Shown: positions 17,801 to 28,198, numbered from the stretch's first letter. The stretch is 38,273 nucleotides of DNA from Candidatus Saccharimonadota bacterium (GCA_037133995.1 JBAXNA010000003.1:1-38273), one strand, 5' to 3'. Translations and numbers: made by a program. The notes: generated by a model from the sequence alone, not told the origin.

Positions 17801-17840
17801 TAAAAAATCTCCTGGCAAATAGCGGGAGATTTTTTATTTT
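17801..17840 (+). terminator. Intrinsic terminator
   Basis: TAAAAAATCTCC..GGAGATTTTTTA inverted repeat plus T tract. Confidence 0.75.
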
Positions 17841-17912
17841 ATTATACCCGGCAAAAAAGACTCAATCAGGGCTCTATAGACCTGGTATACTTTTTATGCT
17901 TAAATAAGAGTA

Positions 17913-18167
17913 ATGAGTAAAAAATCAACCAGAAAGAGATTTTATGAGTCAGACTTCGCATTTCTTATCAAGTCAGCGCTATATTTAATACTTGGTACAG
18001 TTTGGATTGGCTGGGGAGGGCTTAGGTGGATACCAATCGGAGTGATAGTTGGTTTTGGCTTCTCTAAGATTGAAGTATTACGCATAAATCGCAAAATAGA
18101 GTACGCCCTACTAGTCGTTGGAGCTCTTTTGGGTCTTTTTGGGCTGGGCTTAACAATATTTCTTTAG
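17913..18167 (+). CDS. Small hypothetical membrane protein
   Basis: 84 aa, basic N-terminus, 2-3 hydrophobic segments, RKIEYA motif. Confidence 0.7.
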   Translation: MSKKSTRKRFYESDFAFLIKSALYLILGTVWIGWGGLRWIPIGVIVGFGFSKIEVLRINRKIEYALLVVGALLGLFGLGLTIFL

Positions 18168-18205
18168 CAGACATCGAAAGCTGCCTTTAATATTTAAAAA
18201 TATGG

Positions 18206-18235
18206 TTGACACTGCTGTTGGTAATCTGATACAAT
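18206..18235 (+). promoter_or_regulatory. sigma70 promoter for rplC..secY operon
   Basis: TTGACA, 18-nt spacer, TACAAT with extended TG. Confidence 0.8.
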
Positions 18236-18300
18236 AGCAAGCGACTTACATTATATACGTGCACGTAAGCTCTAAATATATTAAATCTATATTAAATTGA

Positions 18301-18360
18301 CTGGGAAATTCTTAGGTCTGACGTCTACATATAGACAGCAGAAACCAAGCGTTTACCCAG
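18301..18360 (+). promoter_or_regulatory. Structured 5' leader of rplC (candidate r-protein leader)
   Basis: Nested pairings CTGGG/CCCAG, AAA/TTT, CTT/AAG, GGT/ACC, CTG/CAG, GTCTA/TAGAC with loop CATA. Confidence 0.55.
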
Positions 18361-18390
18361 ATATTATTTTTTTGACCAACTACAAAAACT

Positions 18391-19029
18391 ATGAAAGCAT
18401 TACTTGCAACAAAACTAGGCATGACTCAGCTCTTTGATGAAAAAGGGCGACTTAATTCTGTCACTCTTCTCGAGGCTGGCCCATGTGTAGTTACTCAGAT
18501 TAAAGACGAGACAACAGATGGCTATACAGCAGTACAGCTTGGTTTTGGTACTTCAAAAAATATTGCCAAGCCTCAACAGGGCCACATGAAGAAGGCCGAA
18601 GCCTCAAGCCGTCACTTGGTAGAGTTTAGAAGCCAAGTAGATCAAGCCGACGCCGGTGATAGTGCAGAAACAAGCCTCACAGTAGGTGACAAACTAGTCG
18701 CTGACATTTTCAGCGTTGGCGATATGGTACAGGTAGTAGGTACAAGTAAGGGCAAGGGTTTTGCCGGAACCATTAAGAGACATAATTTTGCTCGTGGCCC
18801 AAAAACTCATGGTAGCCACAACTATCGAGCCCCTGGCTCAATCGGCGCTGGATACCCACAGCATGTTTTCAAGGGTCAAAAAATGGCTGGTCGCATGGGT
18901 CATGACACAGTAACAGTCAAAAATCTAATGGTAGTCATGGTAGACGCTGAAAAAAATCTCATTGGAGTAAGAGGAGCGGTTCCTGGTCCTAAAAAAGGTC
19001 TTGTACGCGTGCAGGGGATAAAGCAATGA
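18391..19029 (+). CDS. rplC: 50S ribosomal protein L3
   Basis: KLGMTQ, SKGKGFAGTIKRHNF, HGSHNYRAPGSIG, GAVPG. Confidence 0.99.
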   Translation: MKALLATKLGMTQLFDEKGRLNSVTLLEAGPCVVTQIKDETTDGYTAVQLGFGTSKNIAKPQQGHMKKAEASSRHLVEFRSQVDQADAGDSAETSLTVGDKLVADIFSVGDMVQVVGTSKGKGFAGTIKRHNFARGPKTHGSHNYRAPGSIGAGYPQHVFKGQKMAGRMGHDTVTVKNLMVVMVDAEKNLIGVRGAVPGPKKGLVRVQGIKQ

Positions 19030-19655
19030 AAGCCCTCACCTATACACGTACCGGCACTAAATCTGCCGAAACCTCTCTAGCTAAGAATGTATTTGAAAGC
19101 AATATTAGCCAAGACTTACTTAAGCAATCTGTTGTTCGTGCTGGCGCCAACTTGCGTCAAGGTAACGCAAAGACTCTTACTAGAAGCGAAGTTCGTGGTG
19201 GTGGCCGCAAGCCTTGGGCTCAAAAAGGCACTGGTCGAGCTCGTTTTGGATCAAGTAGAGTCAATATCTGGCGCCATGGTGGTGTTGCTCACGGCCCAAC
19301 AGGACTACAGAACTACCAAAAAGATATGCCCACAACAATGATAAGAGCAAGTATTAGAATGGCTCTTTCAGCTCAGTCTGAACAAATCAAAATTATAGAA
19401 AAATTTACAGTTGCTGAGCCAAAAACCAAGCTAGCAGACGCCTTACTAGACAAACTTAGCGCTACTGGCAATGTTTTGCTTATTACTGCCGGTGTTGATC
19501 CTAAATTTGCCCTAGCATGCGCAAATCTTGGTGGCGTAAATATCATTGAGTACAGCCAGCTTCGTAGCTATGATGTTCTAAACGCCGACACAATTATTAT
19601 AGAAAAGCCTGCATTAGAAAAAATCGAAACATGGCTTGGGAGCAAGACTAAATGA
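19026..19655 (+). CDS. rplD: 50S ribosomal protein L4
   Basis: RSEVRGGGRKPWAQKGTGRAR and operon position. Confidence 0.98.
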   Translation: MKALTYTRTGTKSAETSLAKNVFESNISQDLLKQSVVRAGANLRQGNAKTLTRSEVRGGGRKPWAQKGTGRARFGSSRVNIWRHGGVAHGPTGLQNYQKDMPTTMIRASIRMALSAQSEQIKIIEKFTVAEPKTKLADALLDKLSATGNVLLITAGVDPKFALACANLGGVNIIEYSQLRSYDVLNADTIIIEKPALEKIETWLGSKTK

Positions 19656-19933
19656 AGCCACTTATTTTAAAACCTATTATTTCAGAAAAAAGCATGACCA
19701 TGGCCAGTAATGGAACCTACATGTTTGATGTACCTGTATCAACCAATAAGCTAATTGTTGCTGATGCTGTGAAGAAGAGCTTCAAGGTTGATGTCGTAGG
19801 CGTTAGAATAAGCGTACTAAAAGGTAAAGTTAAGAAGTTTAAAGGTACTACCGGCGTTAGAAAAACCACTAAGAGAGCCTATGTAACTGTCAAATCAGGC
19901 CAAAAAATAAGTATTTTTGAGGAAAGTAAGTAA
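19652..19933 (+). CDS. rplW: 50S ribosomal protein L23
   Basis: PIISEKS, KRAYVTV and operon position. Confidence 0.97.
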   Translation: MKPLILKPIISEKSMTMASNGTYMFDVPVSTNKLIVADAVKKSFKVDVVGVRISVLKGKVKKFKGTTGVRKTTKRAYVTVKSGQKISIFEESK

Positions 19934-20766
19934 TGGCAACACGACTACTAAAACAAAATACAGCAGCAAGACGAAACATGAGCGTAGCAGATTTCTCATC
20001 TCTTACTAAAAAACGCCCTGAAAAATCACTAACAATTGCCAAAAAGCAAAAATCTGGTCGTAATAATCAAGGTAAGATTACTATTAGGCATCGTGGCGGC
20101 GGCGTAAAGCGCCACATTAGACTTATAGACTTCAAGCTTGACCAAGTAGATTCAGCTGAAATAATCGCCCTAGAGTATGATCCTAATCGTAGTGCTCACT
20201 TAGCTCTACTTCAGCTACCAGACGGCACGAAGGCTTATATTCCTGCTACTACAACAATGCGAGTTGGCAAAAAGATTAGCGCTGGTACTGACGCCGAAGT
20301 TAAAGCAGGCAACAGATTGCCTCTTAAGAATATTCCGGTTGGCTCTGTAATATGTAATATTGAGCTAAAACTTGGCGGGGGAGCTCAAATGGTTCGTTCT
20401 GCAGGTGCTAGAGCACAGCTTGCTGCCAAAGAAGGTGTTTTTGTGCAGGTTAAGTTGCCATCTGGTGAAGTACGTCTAGTTCACCAAGATTGTCACGCTA
20501 CACTTGGTCAGGTTGGAAATGTCGATCACCAAAACATCAAAATAGGTAGCGCAGGTAGAAAGCGAAAAATGGGTCGTCGCCCACAAGTTCGAGGTAAGGC
20601 CATGAACCCTGTAGATCACCCCCACGGTGGTGGTGAAGGCGGTACATCAATTGGCCTCAAACACCCTAAGACACCTTGGGGCAAGCCAGCGCTAGGTCTT
20701 AAGACTAGACGCCGTAAATATACAGACTCTATGATAGTAAGAGGAAGAAAGCGAGGTAAAAGGTGA
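19933..20766 (+). CDS. rplB: 50S ribosomal protein L2
   Basis: [37 protein letters not shown]. Confidence 0.99.
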   Translation: MATRLLKQNTAARRNMSVADFSSLTKKRPEKSLTIAKKQKSGRNNQGKITIRHRGGGVKRHIRLIDFKLDQVDSAEIIALEYDPNRSAHLALLQLPDGTKAYIPATTTMRVGKKISAGTDAEVKAGNRLPLKNIPVGSVICNIELKLGGGAQMVRSAGARAQLAAKEGVFVQVKLPSGEVRLVHQDCHATLGQVGNVDHQNIKIGSAGRKRKMGRRPQVRGKAMNPVDHPHGGGEGGTSIGLKHPKTPWGKPALGLKTRRRKYTDSMIVRGRKRGKR

Positions 20767-21044
20767 GTCGTTCTGCAAAAAAAGGTCCATTTATTGATCC
20801 AAAACTTCTTAAAAAAGTTATGGCACTAGATCCTAGTGACAAAACTATAATTAAGACTTGGGCTCGTGCCTGCACTATTTCACCAGAGATGGTTGGCCGC
20901 ACTATAGCTATACACAACGGCAAAACCCACGTACCTGTTCTTCTTACAGAAAACATGGTTGGACATAAGCTAGGTGAATTTTCACCTACCCGTAAGTTTA
21001 GAGGTCACGGCGGTAAGCTTGCTAAATCTGAGGGAGGCAAGTAA
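20763..21044 (+). CDS. rpsS: 30S ribosomal protein S19
   Basis: GTG start; [21 protein letters not shown]. Confidence 0.99.
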   Translation: MSRSAKKGPFIDPKLLKKVMALDPSDKTIIKTWARACTISPEMVGRTIAIHNGKTHVPVLLTENMVGHKLGEFSPTRKFRGHGGKLAKSEGGK

Positions 21045-21406
21045 TGAAAGTTCAGGCCAAAGCACGAAATCTTAGCATTTCAGCACAAAAACTACGTCTT
21101 AGCGCCAATGGCCTAAGAGGTAGCTCGGTACAAGATGCCCTTCAGCATCTAGCTAGCAGACCACAAAAAGGTTCAGCTATGGTTTTTGATGCCTTGCGAA
21201 GTGCAATTGCTAACGCCGAACATAACAACAGCCTTAAGTCTGCACAGCTTACAATTGACGAGATTAGAGTTGATCAAGGAGCCAAACTTAAACGCTGGAG
21301 ACCACGATCAAAAGGTATGACTGCGCCAATTGTTCACCCAAAGGCCCATCTAACAATCGTATTGACAGATCAGGTAGTAACTAAAGTAAAGAAAGAGGCC
21401 AAGTAA
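21044..21406 (+). CDS. rplV: 50S ribosomal protein L22
   Basis: SAIANAEHN, LKRWRPRSKG and operon position. Confidence 0.97.
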   Translation: MKVQAKARNLSISAQKLRLSANGLRGSSVQDALQHLASRPQKGSAMVFDALRSAIANAEHNNSLKSAQLTIDEIRVDQGAKLKRWRPRSKGMTAPIVHPKAHLTIVLTDQVVTKVKKEAK

Positions 21407-22023
21407 TGGGACAAAAAATAAATCCAATTAGTTTGCGCTTGCCAGTAACAAAAAACTGGTCTAGTAAGTGGTTCGGCGGTAAAGATTTCCGCAAGAATTT
21501 AATATCTGATATTAAAATTCGTGAGCTAATATCAAAGAAGCTTGGCTTTAGGGCTGGTCTTGCTGCTATTGAAATAGAAAGATCAACAAGTCAGCTAACA
21601 GTCACAATATTTACAAGCAAGCCAGGTGTTGTTATTGGCCGAGGCGGCGTTGGAATCGAATCTCTTAAAAATGATCTCAAAAAAATTACTTCTGAATCAA
21701 TGAAGCTAAATATTGAAGAAGTTAAGAGCCCAGAAACCCACGCCCAGCTTATTGCAGAAAATGTTGCATCACAGCTAGAGCGAAGAATGGCTTTTCGTCG
21801 CGTTATTAAAGGCGCAGTAGACAACTCAGTAAAAGCTGGTATGTTGGGTACAAAAATAACAGTATCTGGCCGTCTTAACGGTGCAGAAATGGCTCGCACA
21901 GAGTCTAACTCTCAGGGTAGTATTCCACTTCACACCATAAAAGCAAATATTGATTATGGTACCGCAAGAGCGATGACTACCTACGGAATTATCGGCGTAA
22001 AAGTATGGGTGTACAAAGGATAA
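21406..22023 (+). CDS. rpsC: 30S ribosomal protein S3
   Basis: MGQKINP, KPGVVIGRGG, GRLNGAEMAR, TTYGIIGVKVW. Confidence 0.99.
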   Translation: MGQKINPISLRLPVTKNWSSKWFGGKDFRKNLISDIKIRELISKKLGFRAGLAAIEIERSTSQLTVTIFTSKPGVVIGRGGVGIESLKNDLKKITSESMKLNIEEVKSPETHAQLIAENVASQLERRMAFRRVIKGAVDNSVKAGMLGTKITVSGRLNGAEMARTESNSQGSIPLHTIKANIDYGTARAMTTYGIIGVKVWVYKG

Positions 22024-22026
22024 GCT

Positions 22027-22458
22027 ATGTTACTACCAAGAAAAACTAAGTACCGAAAAGCCATGAAAGGTAAAAACGCCGGAATTGCATCTCGCGGAAC
22101 CGAGATCAATTTTGGTCGCTATGGCCTAAAAAGTATGGAAAACGAACGTATTACTTCTCGCCAAATAGAGGCAGCCCGAAGAGCAATGACTAGACATGTA
22201 AAACGTGGCGGTAAAATCTGGATTAGAATTTTTCCACACACCCCAGTTACCCGTAAACCAGCCGAAGTTCGCATGGGATCTGGTAAGGGTGCACTCGACC
22301 ACTATGTGGCTCGAGTACAAGCCGGGAAAATACTTTTCGAGATGGACGGAGTAGACGAGGCGACAGCAAAAGAAGCAATGCGACTAGCCGCTATGAAGCT
22401 ACCTGTAAAGACAAAGTTTTTAGTCAAAGCACAGACTGGAGAAAGCAATGAAAAGTAA
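22027..22458 (+). CDS. rplP: 50S ribosomal protein L16
   Basis: RQIEAAR, WIRIFP, RMGSGKG. Confidence 0.99.
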   Translation: MLLPRKTKYRKAMKGKNAGIASRGTEINFGRYGLKSMENERITSRQIEAARRAMTRHVKRGGKIWIRIFPHTPVTRKPAEVRMGSGKGALDHYVARVQAGKILFEMDGVDEATAKEAMRLAAMKLPVKTKFLVKAQTGESNEK

Positions 22459-22651
22459 AGATCTAAGAAAAAAATCAACCAAAGAGCTACAGAATAGTCT
22501 GCTTGAGTCACAAACCAAGCTAGCTACTCTTGCTATTGAGTATCGCACTAAAGAAGTTAAGAACGTTAAACAGATTTCAGCTATCAAAAAAGATATCGCC
22601 CGCATTTTGACAGTGCAGCGTGAGCTAGAACTAGAAGGAGAAGCCAAATGA
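22448..22651 (+). CDS. rpmC: 50S ribosomal protein L29
   Basis: [10 protein letters not shown] and operon position. Confidence 0.96.
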   Translation: MKSKDLRKKSTKELQNSLLESQTKLATLAIEYRTKEVKNVKQISAIKKDIARILTVQRELELEGEAK

Positions 22652-22899
22652 AGCGCATAATTACCGGTAAGGTAGTATCAAACAAAATGGACAAGACTAT
22701 TGTAGTTGCTGTTGAGCGACAGATACAGCACCCCATTTATAAGAAAAACTACAAACGAACCAACACATTCAAGGCTCATGACGAAGAAAACAAGTGTCAG
22801 CCAGGCGATATTGTTGAGATTGTTGAAACTAGACCAATTAGTAAAGACAAACACTTTAGCGTGCATAAGATTGTAAAGACCCAGAAGGTGAACAAATGA
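22648..22899 (+). CDS. rpsQ: 30S ribosomal protein S17
   Basis: [29 protein letters not shown]. Confidence 0.99.
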   Translation: MKRIITGKVVSNKMDKTIVVAVERQIQHPIYKKNYKRTNTFKAHDEENKCQPGDIVEIVETRPISKDKHFSVHKIVKTQKVNK

Positions 22900-23264
22900 T
22901 TCAAGCTGAAACAAGACTACTTGTAGCCGATAATACCGGCGCAAAAGAAATATACTGCATCAAGGTACTTGGCGGCAGCAAGCGTCGCTACGCACGGGTA
23001 GGCGACATTATAGTTGCTTCTGTTAAGACAGCAACCCCAAACGGCACAGTCAAGAAAAAAGAAGTAGTACAAGCTGTTATTGTTCGTACCAAGAAGACTA
23101 TTAACCGTACAGACGGTTCGGCTATTTGCTTTGATCAAAATGCTGCTGTAATTATCGATAAAGCCAAGCTACCTAGAGGTACCAGAATCTTTGGGCCTGT
23201 TAGCCGTGAGCTTCGTGAACGTGGCTACATGAAAATTGTTTCACTAGCGCCGGAGGTACTCTAA
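22896..23264 (+). CDS. rplN: 50S ribosomal protein L14
   Basis: [25 protein letters not shown]. Confidence 0.99.
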   Translation: MIQAETRLLVADNTGAKEIYCIKVLGGSKRRYARVGDIIVASVKTATPNGTVKKKEVVQAVIVRTKKTINRTDGSAICFDQNAAVIIDKAKLPRGTRIFGPVSRELRERGYMKIVSLAPEVL

Positions 23265-23629
23265 TGAAGATACTCAAAAAAGATAAAGTTATGGTGATAA
23301 GTGGTAAGTATAACGGCAAGAAGGGTGAAATAGTTGCGGTACTACCCAAGACCAACCAAGTTGTTATAGAGGGCGTCAATGTTGCTAAAAAACATACTAA
23401 GCCTTCCCAGGCTAACCCTAAGGGTGGAATCATCGAGATTACTAAGCCAATTAACGCTAGTAAGGTGATGGTTTTAGACCCAACAACCGGCAAGCCAGCA
23501 CGAGTTGGATATAAGATTAGTGCTAGTGGTAAAAAAGAACGAATCTTTAAGGTTTCTAAGTTTAAGAACGTAGTAGCTAAAAAGACAGTAAAAAAACCAT
23601 CTAGTAAAAAAACTGAGGTTAAGAAATGA
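23264..23629 (+). CDS. rplX: 50S ribosomal protein L24
   Basis: KOW motif, VIEGVN, GGII, Lys-rich tail. Confidence 0.98.
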   Translation: MKILKKDKVMVISGKYNGKKGEIVAVLPKTNQVVIEGVNVAKKHTKPSQANPKGGIIEITKPINASKVMVLDPTTGKPARVGYKISASGKKERIFKVSKFKNVVAKKTVKKPSSKKTEVKK

Positions 23630-24171
23630 ACAGATTACTAAAAACATATCAAACAGAAATTAAGACTCAGCTAAAAACTGAGCTAGATTTAAGCAACATC
23701 AATCAAGTTCCTAAGCTTGAAAAGATTGTGATTAATTCTGGTGTTGGTAGGGCCGTACAAGATAGTAAGCACCTAGATATAGTAGTTGCCACTCTAACTA
23801 AGATAAGTGGCCAAAAACCAGTAGTGACCAAGGCCAAGAATAGTATCGCCGCCTTCAAGCTAAGAGAAGAAAACCCAATCGGTGTAAAAGTAACACTGCG
23901 CGGTGAGCACATGTGGGACTTCTTAGATCGCTTAGTAGCTGTTGTTATTCCTCGTATGAGAGATTTTCGTGGCCTTTCTATGAAGAGTTTTGATCCGCAG
24001 GGCAACTACAGTATCGGAATAAACGACCAAACAGTATTTCCTGAGATTAGCTATGAAGACGCAAGCGCTACTCACGGCTTACAGATAAATATTGTTACAA
24101 CAGCAAAAAATAAAGACCAAGCCGTACTGCTTCTAAAGAAGCTCGGTTTACCGTTAGAGAAAGGAGAATAG
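23626..24171 (+). CDS. rplE: 50S ribosomal protein L5
   Basis: [26 protein letters not shown]. Confidence 0.99.
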   Translation: MNRLLKTYQTEIKTQLKTELDLSNINQVPKLEKIVINSGVGRAVQDSKHLDIVVATLTKISGQKPVVTKAKNSIAAFKLREENPIGVKVTLRGEHMWDFLDRLVAVVIPRMRDFRGLSMKSFDPQGNYSIGINDQTVFPEISYEDASATHGLQINIVTTAKNKDQAVLLLKKLGLPLEKGE

Positions 24172-24173
24172 CT

Positions 24174-24443
24174 ATGGCCAGAAAAGCATTAATTCAAAGA
24201 GAGCTAAAAAGACAAAAGCTTGCAATAAAGTACTCTGCTAAGCGTGCAGAACTAAAAGCTGCTGGCGACATGGAGGGCCTAGCTAAACTTCCCCGAAACT
24301 CTAACCCAACTCGTCTGCACAACAGATGCGAGATTACGGGCCGCCCCCATGCTTTTATTAGAGATTTTGGGCTTTCACGAATCACATTCAGAGAACAAGC
24401 CAGTAACGGTCGAATACCTGGTATAACTAAGTCGAGCTGGTAG
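24174..24443 (+). CDS. rpsN: 30S ribosomal protein S14 (89-aa, zinc-independent C- type)
   Basis: [32 protein letters not shown]. Only one Cys. Confidence 0.98.
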   Translation: MARKALIQRELKRQKLAIKYSAKRAELKAAGDMEGLAKLPRNSNPTRLHNRCEITGRPHAFIRDFGLSRITFREQASNGRIPGITKSSW

Positions 24444-24456
24444 AAGGAGATATATT

Positions 24457-24843
24457 ATGACTACAGATCCAATTGCAGATATGCTAACAAGAATAAGAAA
24501 CGGTTTGAGTGCCAACAAAGCAGCCGTTACTATTCCTTATTCAAAAGTTAAACTTTCTATCGCTCAGATACTAAAGGCCAAAGGCTACATAGCCAACGTC
24601 ACAGAGACCAAAAACGGTGCCTTTGCTATGCTAGAAGTTCAGCTAAGTGGCGCAGATAAAAAAATAACCACCATCACTAGGGTAAGTAAGCCAGGCAGAA
24701 GAATGTATGCGCCCAAAACCGAGATACCTAATGTATTGGGTGGTCGTGGAATTGTTATCGTTTCAACACCAGCCGGTATAATGACCGGTAGTGATGCCCG
24801 CAAAAAGGGTATGGGCGGTGAATTAATATGTACGGTGTACTAG
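24457..24843 (+). CDS. rpsH: 30S ribosomal protein S8
   Basis: DPIADMLTRIRN, SKPGRRMY, GGELIC. Confidence 0.99.
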   Translation: MTTDPIADMLTRIRNGLSANKAAVTIPYSKVKLSIAQILKAKGYIANVTETKNGAFAMLEVQLSGADKKITTITRVSKPGRRMYAPKTEIPNVLGGRGIVIVSTPAGIMTGSDARKKGMGGELICTVY

Positions 24844-24852
24844 GAGAATATC

Positions 24853-25398
24853 ATGAGTAGAATCGGAAAAGTACCAATCGAAATACCAGCAGGCGTAACA
24901 GTAAGTATTACTGATCAAACTATTGTTGCAACTGGCCCTAAAGGCGAGCTAACAACTGTTGTGTTGCCTGAGTTTAGTATTGTCCAAAAAGAACAGAGAC
25001 TAGAAGTGGCCCCCATAGCTCAAGATTCAATGAGCCTAAAGCTGTGGGGCATGCAAAGAACTCTAGTAGCCAACAGTCTAGAAGGTGTATCTAAGGGCTT
25101 TACTAAGATTCTAGAAGTAAACGGCGTAGGCTTTAGAGTAGTATTGCAGGGTAAAAAGCTAGTTCTAAATCTAGGCTTTTCACACCCAATAGAGTACACA
25201 GCCCCAGATGATATCGACATTAAGGTTGAGCAAACAACAATAACCATTAGTGGTGCAGATAAGCAAAAAGTAGGCGCAGTTGCAGCCTCAATTCGCGAGT
25301 TTAAAAAACCCGAACCTTATAAAGGTAAAGGTATAAAATACCAAGGCGAAGTAATTCGACGTAAAGCTGGTAAGACAGCAGCAAAGACAGCAGGATAA
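24853..25398 (+). CDS. rplF: 50S ribosomal protein L6
   Basis: MSRIGK, GPKG, LGFSHP, PEPYKGKGI. Confidence 0.99.
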   Translation: MSRIGKVPIEIPAGVTVSITDQTIVATGPKGELTTVVLPEFSIVQKEQRLEVAPIAQDSMSLKLWGMQRTLVANSLEGVSKGFTKILEVNGVGFRVVLQGKKLVLNLGFSHPIEYTAPDDIDIKVEQTTITISGADKQKVGAVAASIREFKKPEPYKGKGIKYQGEVIRRKAGKTAAKTAG

Positions 25399-25402
25399 TA
25401 CT

Positions 25403-25756
25403 ATGAGTAAACAAACAACAATTCGAAAAAAATTAACAAGAAGCCGAGTTAGAAAAAAAATTAGCGGTAGTACTAAGCGACCACGCCTAAGCGTGCGTAT
25501 TTCTAACATCAACGTAACTGCTCAGCTTATTGATGATACTACCGGCAAAACACTAGCTTACGTATCGACTATTGGAAATAAATCTGTAGCCAAGAAGAAC
25601 ATGACCGATAAGTCAAAATGGGCGGGCGAAGAAATAGCTAAATCTGCGAAAGCAGCTAAAATAAGCACAGTAGTTTTTGATAGAGGCTTTAGAATTTATC
25701 ATGGCAGAGTTAAGCAATTAGCCGAATCAGCACGAGCTGGCGGGCTGGAGTTTTAA
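25403..25756 (+). CDS. rplR: 50S ribosomal protein L18
   Basis: RPRLSV, AQLIDD, VFDRG..YHGRVK, GLEF. Confidence 0.99.
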   Translation: MSKQTTIRKKLTRSRVRKKISGSTKRPRLSVRISNINVTAQLIDDTTGKTLAYVSTIGNKSVAKKNMTDKSKWAGEEIAKSAKAAKISTVVFDRGFRIYHGRVKQLAESARAGGLEF

Positions 25757-25767
25757 AAGGATATATT

Positions 25768-26241
25768 ATGAGAGATACAAACAATACACCAAGTGAATTT
25801 GAAGAAAAGATTATTGCCCTAGACCGTGTTACTCGCGTTGTAAAAGGCGGTAGACGATTCCGTTTTAGAGCAACAGTTGTCGTTGGCGATGGCGCAGGAA
25901 GAGTAGGAGTAGGCGTAGGCAAGGGTGGCGATGCCCCAACCTCTATTATAAAAGCCGTAGCTACTGCAAAAAAAGCTGTTATAACTTTTCCTCTTAAAAA
26001 CTCTACAATCCCTCACCAAGTTCAGGTTAGATCAGACGGTGCTACAGTATTTATGAAGCCTGCAGCTCCAGGAACAGGTGTAATAGCTGGCGGTACAGTT
26101 CGTTCGATTCTAGAAGTTGCTGGCGTAAAAGATATTCTTACAAAGTCTCTTGGTTCTAGTAATAAGATAAACAATGCCTATGCAACCATAATGGCTCTCC
26201 AGTCACTACAGGTGGACAAGGTAAAGGAGACTAAAAAGTGA
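25768..26241 (+). CDS. rpsE: 30S ribosomal protein S5
   Basis: RVTRVVKGGRRF, PGTGVIAGG, KSLGSSN. Confidence 0.99.
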   Translation: MRDTNNTPSEFEEKIIALDRVTRVVKGGRRFRFRATVVVGDGAGRVGVGVGKGGDAPTSIIKAVATAKKAVITFPLKNSTIPHQVQVRSDGATVFMKPAAPGTGVIAGGTVRSILEVAGVKDILTKSLGSSNKINNAYATIMALQSLQVDKVKETKK

Positions 26242-26801
26242 AACTACACGAAATAAAAGCCCCTAAACACAAAGATACCAAACGACTAGGTCGTGGTATT
26301 GGTAGTGGCAGTGGTAAAACTTCTGGCCGAGGCACAAAAGGTCAAAATTCTAGAACTGGCGGTGGAGTATCTATTGGTTTTGAAGGCGGTCAAACTAAGC
26401 TTAGTCGAAGACTACCTAAGAAGCGTGGGTTTACAGCTATTGCCCCTACTATTTACCAAGTTATAAGTCTAGACCAACTAGAAAAAATTGGTAAGCCGGT
26501 AGTAGACAAGATTGTACTTGCTGAAGCCGGAATGATCAGTGCTAAAAAACCAGCTAAACTCTTAAGCAATGGTAGCCTGAACAGCAAGGTAACTGTTACA
26601 ATAGATGCAGCTAGCAAAAACGCAATTAAAGCAGTCGAAAAGGCTGGTGGAAAAGTTATACTTCCAGAAGTTGTAGTAGCTGTTGCAGAAACTAAAAATA
26701 ATTTAGCCCGTAAGGCTAAAAAAGCATCAGCTAAAATAGCTAAGACCGAAACAGCTGATACCGAATCAAAAATAGTCAAAAAACCTACTAAAGCCAAGTA
26801 A
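26238..26801 (+). CDS. rplO: 50S ribosomal protein L15 (C-terminally extended)
   Basis: GTG start overlapping the rpsE stop; GRGIGSGSGKTSGRGTKGQ, FEGGQ, LPKKRGF. Confidence 0.98.
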   Translation: MKLHEIKAPKHKDTKRLGRGIGSGSGKTSGRGTKGQNSRTGGGVSIGFEGGQTKLSRRLPKKRGFTAIAPTIYQVISLDQLEKIGKPVVDKIVLAEAGMISAKKPAKLLSNGSLNSKVTVTIDAASKNAIKAVEKAGGKVILPEVVVAVAETKNNLARKAKKASAKIAKTETADTESKIVKKPTKAK

Positions 26802-26842
26802 TTTTTATAAAACAACTTAGTAACTAAGTAACGGAGGGAACC

Positions 26843-28162
26843 ATGAATACAGCACTATTTTCGCAAATGTATAAAAACAAAGATTTGCGCAATAGACTAC
26901 TCATAGTGATTGGCATACTGGCTATTTATAGTCTGCTTTCTCATATTCCAGTACCGGTACCTGACACAGCCAAGCTTCAAAGTTTCTTGCTTCGTTTGTT
27001 TCAGAGCAATCCGCTGCTTGGCTTTGCCAATCTATTCACAGGTGGCGCTCTCAGTAGCTTTTCTATTCTGCTGATGGGCCTAGGGCCATACATCAATGCG
27101 TCAATAATTATTCAGCTCTTGAGCCAGGTAGTTCCACAGCTAGAGGCTCTCAAAAAAGAAGGTGAAGCAGGTCAACAAAAGCTAAACTACTACACTAGAC
27201 TACTCACCCTGCCACTAGCAATTGTACAGTCTGTGGCCATGATTACCCTGGCCCGAACTCTGTCTACTCAGATATCTGGCGTCGATCTGATTGGTAACCC
27301 CAATGTCTACCAGTGGATACTTATGATTTCAGCTATCACGGGCGGCTCAATGCTACTTATGTGGCTAGGTGAGATCATCACAGACAGGGGTATCGGTAAT
27401 GGTATATCTATACTTATTTTGGCCGGCATAGTATCGCACCTACCTACCCAGATAGCCCAACAAGTCAGTCTTGCTCAAGCTGATACTGCCAAGGTTTTCA
27501 CTCTAATATTTTTCGGAATTATAGCCATTGGCGTAGTGCTATTTATAGTTATGCTAAATGAAGGTCAGCGTAATATACCCATCTCCTATGCTCGCAGAAT
27601 AGCTGGTGATTCACGCTATGGTGGGGTAGATAGTCACTTGCCTATCAGGCTGATAACAGCTGGCGTGATTCCAATAATATTTGCTCTGGCTTTTTTATCT
27701 CTACCAGCTTTTTTAGGCCAGCTGTTTACAAACGCTAAGTCTTCTTGGCTATCCAGTAGCGCAACTTGGCTCCAGGCTACTTTTCAGCCCAAAAAACCAA
27801 TCTACACGCTGACTTATTTTATTCTGGTAGTAGCTTTTACGTACTTCTATACATCAATAGTATTCAAGCCAGATGAAATTGCTGAAAATCTTCAAAAACA
27901 AGGCGGTTTTATTCCAGGTATTAGGCCCGGTAAAGAAACTAGCCGGTATCTTAAAAAAATAATTACTCGACTGACTCTTTTTGGTGCAATTGCTCTTGGC
28001 CTACTGGCGGTATTTCCATTTATTATCGAGACAATATTTAAGTCATCGAACAGTATTTTGAGTATTGGCGGTACCGGGCTGCTAATTATTGTTTCGGTAA
28101 TACTTGAGACGCTAAAACAAATTGAATCTAGGGCATTGATGGCAACTTATGAAAAGTATTAA
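26843..28162 (+). CDS. secY: Preprotein translocase subunit SecY
   Basis: MGLGPYINASII, GIGNGIS, AGVIPIIFA, FIPGIRPG, GGTGLLI. Confidence 0.99.
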   Translation: MNTALFSQMYKNKDLRNRLLIVIGILAIYSLLSHIPVPVPDTAKLQSFLLRLFQSNPLLGFANLFTGGALSSFSILLMGLGPYINASIIIQLLSQVVPQLEALKKEGEAGQQKLNYYTRLLTLPLAIVQSVAMITLARTLSTQISGVDLIGNPNVYQWILMISAITGGSMLLMWLGEIITDRGIGNGISILILAGIVSHLPTQIAQQVSLAQADTAKVFTLIFFGIIAIGVVLFIVMLNEGQRNIPISYARRIAGDSRYGGVDSHLPIRLITAGVIPIIFALAFLSLPAFLGQLFTNAKSSWLSSSATWLQATFQPKKPIYTLTYFILVVAFTYFYTSIVFKPDEIAENLQKQGGFIPGIRPGKETSRYLKKIITRLTLFGAIALGLLAVFPFIIETIFKSSNSILSIGGTGLLIIVSVILETLKQIESRALMATYEKY

Positions 28163-28198
28163 TAAGCCAATAAAAATGATAAATCTTCAAAAAAAGTC

